Below are positions 16,207 through 21,360 of a DNA stretch of 21,360 bases, one piece after another. Every line of letters starts with the position of its first letter. The first letter of the stretch is position 1. The position numbers were made by a program, and so were the translations under genes. The DNA comes from a virus (lineage: Duplodnaviria; Heunggongvirae; Uroviricota; Caudoviricetes): the IMG/VR virus record IMGVR_UViG_2778261246_000002; one strand, 5' to 3'. The notes below the pieces were generated by a model. The model was not told where the DNA came from, made no database searches, and saw nothing but the letters and a program-made list of their open reading frames with translations.

Positions 16207-16904
16207 TGCAGGATATCCGGCAGGAAACACTGAATGAATGCACCCGTGCGGAGCAGTCGGCCAGCGTGGTGCTCTGGGAAATCGACCTGACAGAGGTCGG
16301 TGGAGAACGTTATTTTTTCTGTAATGAGCAGAACGAAAAAGGTGAGCCGGTCACCTGGCAGGGGAGGCAGTATCAGGCGTATCCCATTCAGGGGAGCGGT
16401 TTTGAACTGAATGGCAAAGGCACCAGTACGCGGCCCACGCTGGCAGTCTCTAACCTGTACGGCATGGTCACCGGTATGGTGGAAGATATGCAGAGTCTGG
16501 TCGGCGGAACGGTGGTCCGGCGTAAGGTTTACGCCCGTTTTCTGGATGCGGTGAACTTCGTCAACGGAAACAGTGGCGCCGATCCGGAGCAGGAGGTGAT
16601 CAGCCGCTGGCGCATTGAGCAGTGCAGCGAACTGAGCGCGGTGAGTGCCTCCTTTGTACTGTCCACGCCGACGGAAACAGATGGCGCTGTTTTTCCGGGA
16701 CGTATCATGCTGGCCAACACCTGCACCTGGACCTATCGCGGCGATGAGTGCGGTTATCACGGTCCGGCGGTCGCGGATGAATATGACCAGCCAACGTCCG
16801 ATATCACGAAGGATAAATGCAGCAAATGCCTGAGTGGCTGTAAGTTTCGCAATAACGTCGGCAACTTTGGCGGCTTCCTTTCCATTAACAAACTTTCGCA
16901 GTAA
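16206..16904 (+). CDS. L: Lambda gpL-like tail tip protein
   Basis: 232-aa product matching lambda L; Cys-rich C-terminus (CTWTYRGDECGY..CSKCLSGC). Confidence 0.9.
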   Translation: MQDIRQETLNECTRAEQSASVVLWEIDLTEVGGERYFFCNEQNEKGEPVTWQGRQYQAYPIQGSGFELNGKGTSTRPTLAVSNLYGMVTGMVEDMQSLVGGTVVRRKVYARFLDAVNFVNGNSGADPEQEVISRWRIEQCSELSAVSASFVLSTPTETDGAVFPGRIMLANTCTWTYRGDECGYHGPAVADEYDQPTSDITKDKCSKCLSGCKFRNNVGNFGGFLSINKLSQ

Positions 16905-16909
16905 ATCCC

Positions 16910-17653
16910 ATGACACAGACAGAATCAGCGATTCTGGCGCACGCCCGACGATGTGCGCCAGCGGAGTCGTGCGGCTTCGTGGTGAGAGCGCCGGAGGGGG
17001 AAAGATATTTTCCCGGCGTGAATATTTCCGGTGAGCCGGAGGATTATTTCCGGATGGCTCCGGAGGACTGGCTGCAGGCAGAAATGCAGGGTGAGATTGT
17101 GGCGCTGGTCCACAGCCACCCCGGTGGTCTGCCCTGGCTGAGTGAGGCTGACCGGCGGCTGCAGGTGCAGAGTGATTTGCCGTGGTGGCTGGTCTGCCGG
17201 GGGGCGATTCATAAGTTCCGCTGTGTGCCGCATCTCACCGGGCGGCGCTTTGAGCACGGGGTGACGGACTGTTACACGCTGTTCCGGGATGCTTATCATC
17301 TGGCGGGGATTGAGATGCCGGATTTTCATCGCGGGGATGACTGGTGGCGTCACGGTCAGAATCTCTATCTGGATAATCTGGAGGCCACAGGGCTGTATCA
17401 GGTGCCGTTGTCAGCGGCGCAGCCGGGCGATGTGCTGCTGTGCTGTTTTGGTTCATCGGTGCCGAATCATGCCGCCATTTACTGTGGTGACGGTGAGCTG
17501 CTGCACCATATTCCTGAACAACTGAGTAAACGAGAGAGGTACACCGACAAATGGCAGCGACGCACACACTCCCTCTGGCGTCACCGGGAATGGCACGCAT
17601 CTGCCTTTACGGGGATTTGCAACGATTTGGCCGCCGCATCGACCTTCGTGTGA
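16910..17653 (+). CDS. K: Lambda gpK-like tail tip assembly protein with JAB/MPN and NlpC/P60 motifs
   Basis: EIVALVHSHPGGLPWLSEAD (JAMM-like HxH..S..D) and GVTDCYTLFRDAYHLAG..NHAAIY (NlpC/P60-like Cys/His). ORF is 247 aa from ATG 16910; the internal Met at 17054 would give the 199-aa product I recall for lambda K. Confidence 0.8.
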   Translation: MTQTESAILAHARRCAPAESCGFVVRAPEGERYFPGVNISGEPEDYFRMAPEDWLQAEMQGEIVALVHSHPGGLPWLSEADRRLQVQSDLPWWLVCRGAIHKFRCVPHLTGRRFEHGVTDCYTLFRDAYHLAGIEMPDFHRGDDWWRHGQNLYLDNLEATGLYQVPLSAAQPGDVLLCCFGSSVPNHAAIYCGDGELLHHIPEQLSKRERYTDKWQRRTHSLWRHREWHASAFTGICNDLAAASTFV

Positions 17654-18222
17654 AAACGGGGGCTGAAGCCATCCGCGCACTGGCCACACAGCTCCCGGCG
17701 TTTCGTCAGAAACTGAGCGACGGCTGGTATCAGGTACGGATTGCCGGGCAGGATGTCAGCACGTCCGGATTAACGGCGCAGTTACATGAGACTCTGCCTG
17801 ATGGCGCTGTGATTCATATTGTTCCCAGAGTCGCCGGGGCCAAGTCTGGTGGTGTATTCCAGATTGTCCTGGGAGCAGCCGCCATTGCCGGATCATTCTT
17901 TACCGCCGGAGCCATCCTTGCAGCATGGGGGGCAGCCATTGGGGCCGGAGGTATGACCGGCATCCTGTTTTCTCTCGGTGCCAGTATGGTGCTCGGTGGT
18001 GTGGCGCAGATGCTGGCACCGAAAGCCAGAACTCCCCGTACACAGACAACGGATAACGGCAAACAGAACACCTATTTCTCCTCACTGGATAACATGGTTG
18101 CCCAGGGCAATGTTCTGCCTGTTCTGTACGGTGAAATGCGCGTGGGGTCACGCGTGGTTTCTCAGGAGATCAGCACGGCAGACGAAGGGGATGGTGGTCA
18201 GGTTGTGGTGATTGGTCGCTGA
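17551..18222 (+). CDS. I: Lambda gpI-like tail tip assembly protein
   Basis: 223-aa product MAATHTLPLASPGMARICLYGDLQRFG.. matching lambda I; overlaps the 3' end of K by ~100 nt in another frame. Confidence 0.85.
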   Translation: MAATHTLPLASPGMARICLYGDLQRFGRRIDLRVKTGAEAIRALATQLPAFRQKLSDGWYQVRIAGQDVSTSGLTAQLHETLPDGAVIHIVPRVAGAKSGGVFQIVLGAAAIAGSFFTAGAILAAWGAAIGAGGMTGILFSLGASMVLGGVAQMLAPKARTPRTQTTDNGKQNTYFSSLDNMVAQGNVLPVLYGEMRVGSRVVSQEISTADEGDGGQVVVIGR

Positions 18223-18236
18223 TGAAAAACGTTTAT

Positions 18237-18260
18237 GTGAAACCGCCTCCGGGCGGTTTT
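18237..18260 (+). terminator. Short GC hairpin plus T-tract between I and J (possible attenuator or terminator)
   Basis: AAACCGCC-tccg-GGCGGTTTT immediately after the I stop and ~25 nt before the J start. Confidence 0.35.
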
Positions 18261-18281
18261 GTCGTTTATGGAGCGTGAGGA

Positions 18282-21200
18282 ATGGGTAAAGGCAGCAGTA
18301 AGGGGCATACTCCGCGCGAAGCGAAGGACAACCTGAAGTCCACGCAGTTGCTGAGTGTGATCGATGCCATCAGCGAAGGGCCGATTGAAGGTCCGGTGGA
18401 TGGATTAAAAAGCGTGCTGCTGAACAGTACGCCAGTGCTGGACAGTGAGGGGAATACCAACATCTCCGGCGTCACGGTGGTGTTCCGGGCCGGTGAGCAG
18501 GAGCAGACACCGCCGGAGGGATTTGAATCCTCCGGCTCCGAGACGGTGCTGGGTACGGAAGTGAAATACGACACGCCGATCACCCGGACCATCACGTCTG
18601 CAAACATCGACCGTCTGCGCTTTACCTTCGGTGTGCAGGCACTGGTGGAAACCACCTCAAAGGGGGACCGGAATCCATCGGAAGTCCGCCTGCTGGTTCA
18701 GATACAACGTAACGGTGGCTGGGTGACGGAAAAAGACATCACCATTAAGGGCAAAACCACCTCGCAGTATCTGGCTTCGGTGGTGGTGGGTAACCTGCCG
18801 CCGCGCCCGTTTAATATCCGGATGCGCAGGATGACGCCGGACAGCACCACAGACCAGCTGCAGAACAAAACGCTCTGGTCGTCATACACCGAAATCATCG
18901 ATGTGAAACAGTGCTACCCGAACACGGCACTGGTCGGCGTGCAGGTGGACTCGGAGCAGTTCGGCAGCCAGCAGGTGAGCCGTAATTATCATCTTCGCGG
19001 ACGCATTCTGCAGGTGCCGTCGAACTATAACCCGCAGACGCGGCAATACAGCGGTATCTGGGACGGAACGTTTAAGCCAGCATACAGCAACAACATGGCC
19101 TGGTGTCTGTGGGATATGCTGACCCATCCGCGCTACGGCATGGGGAAACGTCTTGGTGCGGCGGATGTGGACAAATGGGCGCTGTATGTCATCGGCCAGC
19201 ATTGCGAGCAGTCGGTGCCGGACGGTTTTGGCGGCACGGAGCCGCGCATCACCTGTAATGCGTACCTGACCACACAGCGTAAGGCGTGGGATGTGCTCAG
19301 TGATTTCTGCTCGGCGATGCGCTGTATGCCGGTATGGAACGGGCAGACGCTGACGTTCGTGCAGGACCGACCGTCGGATAAGGTGTGGACCTATAACCGC
19401 AGTAATGTGGTGATGCCGGATGATGGCGCGCCGTTCCGCTACAGCTTCAGCGCCCTGAAGGACCGCCATAATGCCGTTGAGGTGAACTGGATTGACCCGA
19501 ACAACGGCCAGGAGACGGCGACAGAGCTTGTTGAAGATACGCAGGCCATCGCCCGTTACGGTCGTAACGTCACGAAGATGGATGCCTTTGGCTGTACCAG
19601 CCGGGGGCAGGCACACCGCGCCGGGCTGTGGCTGATTAAAACGGAGCTGCTGGAAACGCAGACCGTGGACTTCAGCGTGGGTGCTGAAGGGCTTCGCCAT
19701 GTACCGGGCGATGTCATTGAAATCTGCGATGATGACTATGCCGGTATCAGCACCGGTGGTCGCGTGCTGGCGGTGAACAGCCAGACCCGGACGCTGACGC
19801 TCGACCGTGAAATCACGCTGCCATCCTCCGGTACCACGCTGATAAGCCTGGTTGACGGAAGTGGTAATCCGGTCAGCGTGGAGGTTCAGTCCGTCACCGA
19901 CGGACTTAAGGTGAAAGTGAACCGGGTTCCTGACGGCGTTGCAGAATACAGTGTGTGGGGGCTGAAGTTGCCGACGTTGCGTCAGCGCCTGTTCCGCTGT
20001 GTGAGTATCCGTGAGAACGATGACGGCACGTATGCCATCACTGCCGTGCAGCATGTACCGGAAAAAGAAGCCATCGTGGATAACGGGGCGCACTTTGACG
20101 GCGACCAGAGCGGCACGGTGAATGGTGTCACGCCGCCAGCGGTGCAGCACCTGACTGCCGAAGTCACCGCAGACAGCGGGGAATATCAGGTGCCGGCGCG
20201 CTGGGACACGCCGAAGGTGGTGAAGGGGGTGAGCTTTATGCTTCGCCTGACCGTGGCAGCGGATGACGGCAGTGAGCGGCTGGTCAGCACGGCCCGGACG
20301 ACGGAAACCACATACCGCTTCACGCAACTGGCGCTGGGACGGTACACGCTGACAGTCCGGGCGGTAAATGCGTGGGGACAGCAGGGCGATCCGGCGTCGG
20401 TATCGTTCCGGATTGCCGCACCGGTAGCACCGTCGCGGATTGAGCTGACGCCGGGCTATTTTCAGATAACTGCCACGCCGCATCTTGCGGTTTATGACCC
20501 GACAGTACAGTTTGAGTTCTGGTTCTCGGAAAAACGGATTGCTGGTATCAGGCAGGTTGAAACCACAGCGCGCTATCTTGGCACGGCGCTGTACTGGATA
20601 GCCGCCAGTATCAATATCAGGCCGGGCCATGATTATTATTTTTACGTTCGCAGTGTGAACACCGTTGGCAAATCGGCATTCGTGGAGGCTGTTGGTCAGC
20701 CGAGTGATGATGCATCCGGCTATCTGGATTTTTTCAAAGGCGAGATAGGGAAAACCCATCTGGCTCAGGAGCTGTGGACGCAGATTGATAACGGTCAGCT
20801 TGCGCCTGACCTGGCTGAAATCAGAACGTCCATTACGGATGTCAGCAATGAAATCACGCAGACCGTCAATAAGAAACTGGAAGACCAGAGTGCGGCAATT
20901 CAGCAGATACAGAAGGTTCAGGTTGATACAAATAATAACCTGAACAGCATGTGGGCTGTGAAGCTGCAGCAGATGCAGGACGGACGCCTTTATATCGCGG
21001 GTATTGGTGCCGGTATTGAGAACACCCCTGACGGCATGCAGAGTCAGGTGCTGCTGGCGGCGGACAGGATTGCGATGGTTAATCCTGCGAATGGCAACAC
21101 AAAACCGATGTTTGTTGGTCAGGGCGATCAGATATTCATGAACGACGTGTTCCTGAAACGCCTGACGGCCCCCACCATTACCAGCGGTGGAAATCCACCG

Positions 21201-21360
21201 GCATTTTCCCTGACACCGGACGGAAAGCTGACTGCTAAAAATGCGGATATCAGTGGCAGTGTGAATGCGAACTCCGGGACGCTCAACAACGTCACGATTA
21301 ATGAGAACTGTCAGATTAAGGGGAAACTGTCAGCCAATCAGATTGAAGGCGATATTGTCA
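18282..21360 (+). CDS. J: Lambda gpJ-like tail tip / host-specificity protein, N-terminal ~1026 codons; 3' end outside the window
   Basis: Open frame from ATG 18282 to the window end with no stop. [54 protein letters not shown].. matches the lambda J N-terminus. Absent from the ORF track only because it has no in-window stop. Confidence 0.9.
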   Translation, partial: MGKGSSKGHTPREAKDNLKSTQLLSVIDAISEGPIEGPVDGLKSVLLNSTPVLDSEGNTNISGVTVVFRAGEQEQTPPEGFESSGSETVLGTEVKYDTPITRTITSANIDRLRFTFGVQALVETTSKGDRNPSEVRLLVQIQRNGGWVTEKDITIKGKTTSQYLASVVVGNLPPRPFNIRMRRMTPDSTTDQLQNKTLWSSYTEIIDVKQCYPNTALVGVQVDSEQFGSQQVSRNYHLRGRILQVPSNYNPQTRQYSGIWDGTFKPAYSNNMAWCLWDMLTHPRYGMGKRLGAADVDKWALYVIGQHCEQSVPDGFGGTEPRITCNAYLTTQRKAWDVLSDFCSAMRCMPVWNGQTLTFVQDRPSDKVWTYNRSNVVMPDDGAPFRYSFSALKDRHNAVEVNWIDPNNGQETATELVEDTQAIARYGRNVTKMDAFGCTSRGQAHRAGLWLIKTELLETQTVDFSVGAEGLRHVPGDVIEICDDDYAGISTGGRVLAVNSQTRTLTLDREITLPSSGTTLISLVDGSGNPVSVEVQSVTDGLKVKVNRVPDGVAEYSVWGLKLPTLRQRLFRCVSIRENDDGTYAITAVQHVPEKEAIVDNGAHFDGDQSGTVNGVTPPAVQHLTAEVTADSGEYQVPARWDTPKVVKGVSFMLRLTVAADDGSERLVSTARTTETTYRFTQLALGRYTLTVRAVNAWGQQGDPASVSFRIAAPVAPSRIELTPGYFQITATPHLAVYDPTVQFEFWFSEKRIAGIRQVETTARYLGTALYWIAASINIRPGHDYYFYVRSVNTVGKSAFVEAVGQPSDDASGYLDFFKGEIGKTHLAQELWTQIDNGQLAPDLAEIRTSITDVSNEITQTVNKKLEDQSAAIQQIQKVQVDTNNNLNSMWAVKLQQMQDGRLYIAGIGAGIENTPDGMQSQVLLAADRIAMVNPANGNTKPMFVGQGDQIFMNDVFLKRLTAPTITSGGNPPAFSLTPDGKLTAKNADISGSVNANSGTLNNVTINENCQIKGKLSANQIEGDIV

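Noticed and set aside
14495-16916. Several long minus-strand ORFs (14495-15025, 14971-15489, 15473-16138, 15832-16230, 16104-16916)
   Set aside because: All are antisense to H, M and L, whose plus-strand frames match lambda proteins over their full length.
18882-20759. 625-aa minus-strand ORF
   Set aside because: Lies entirely antisense to the well-supported gpJ reading frame; Arg/Pro/His-rich translation typical of an antisense artefact in GC-rich coding DNA.

Overview
This window is a chimeric mobile-element region from an enterobacterial (E. coli-like) genome; every homology call below comes from reading translations against reference proteins I remember, with no database search run. (1) 1-157: right end of an IS2-like (IS3-family) insertion sequence. 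(2) ~450-6780: a P4/PICI-like satellite-type module. An Arc/Mnt-like RHH gene and a SWIM zinc-finger gene on the minus strand diverge, across a palindromic operator/promoter, from a plus-strand operon encoding two small proteins, a P4-family primase/helicase, an iteron origin, SSB, a diverged lambda-E-like major capsid protein, a gpD-like decoration protein and an AlpA-like wHTH protein. (3) ~6795-7062: a lambda-type cos site (cosQ-cosN-cosB, with a divergent cosN 12-mer) plus the first ~13 codons of a Nu1-type small terminase gene. (4) ~7063-9151: an AT-rich ~2.1 kb cassette on the minus strand with its own promoter and terminator, encoding a DUF262 (ParB/GmrS-like) protein and an HEPN-motif protein. 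This is my best candidate for an undescribed anti-phage system. It sits exactly where lambda carries Nu1-A-W-B-C-Nu3-D and the first ~79 codons of E. (5) 9152-21360: lambda-like genes colinear with phage lambda: 3' fragment of E, then FI, FII, Z, U, V, G/G-T (with the -1 frameshift site), H, M, L, K, I and the first ~3.1 kb of J. No integrase, att site, tRNA or CRISPR array was recognised.
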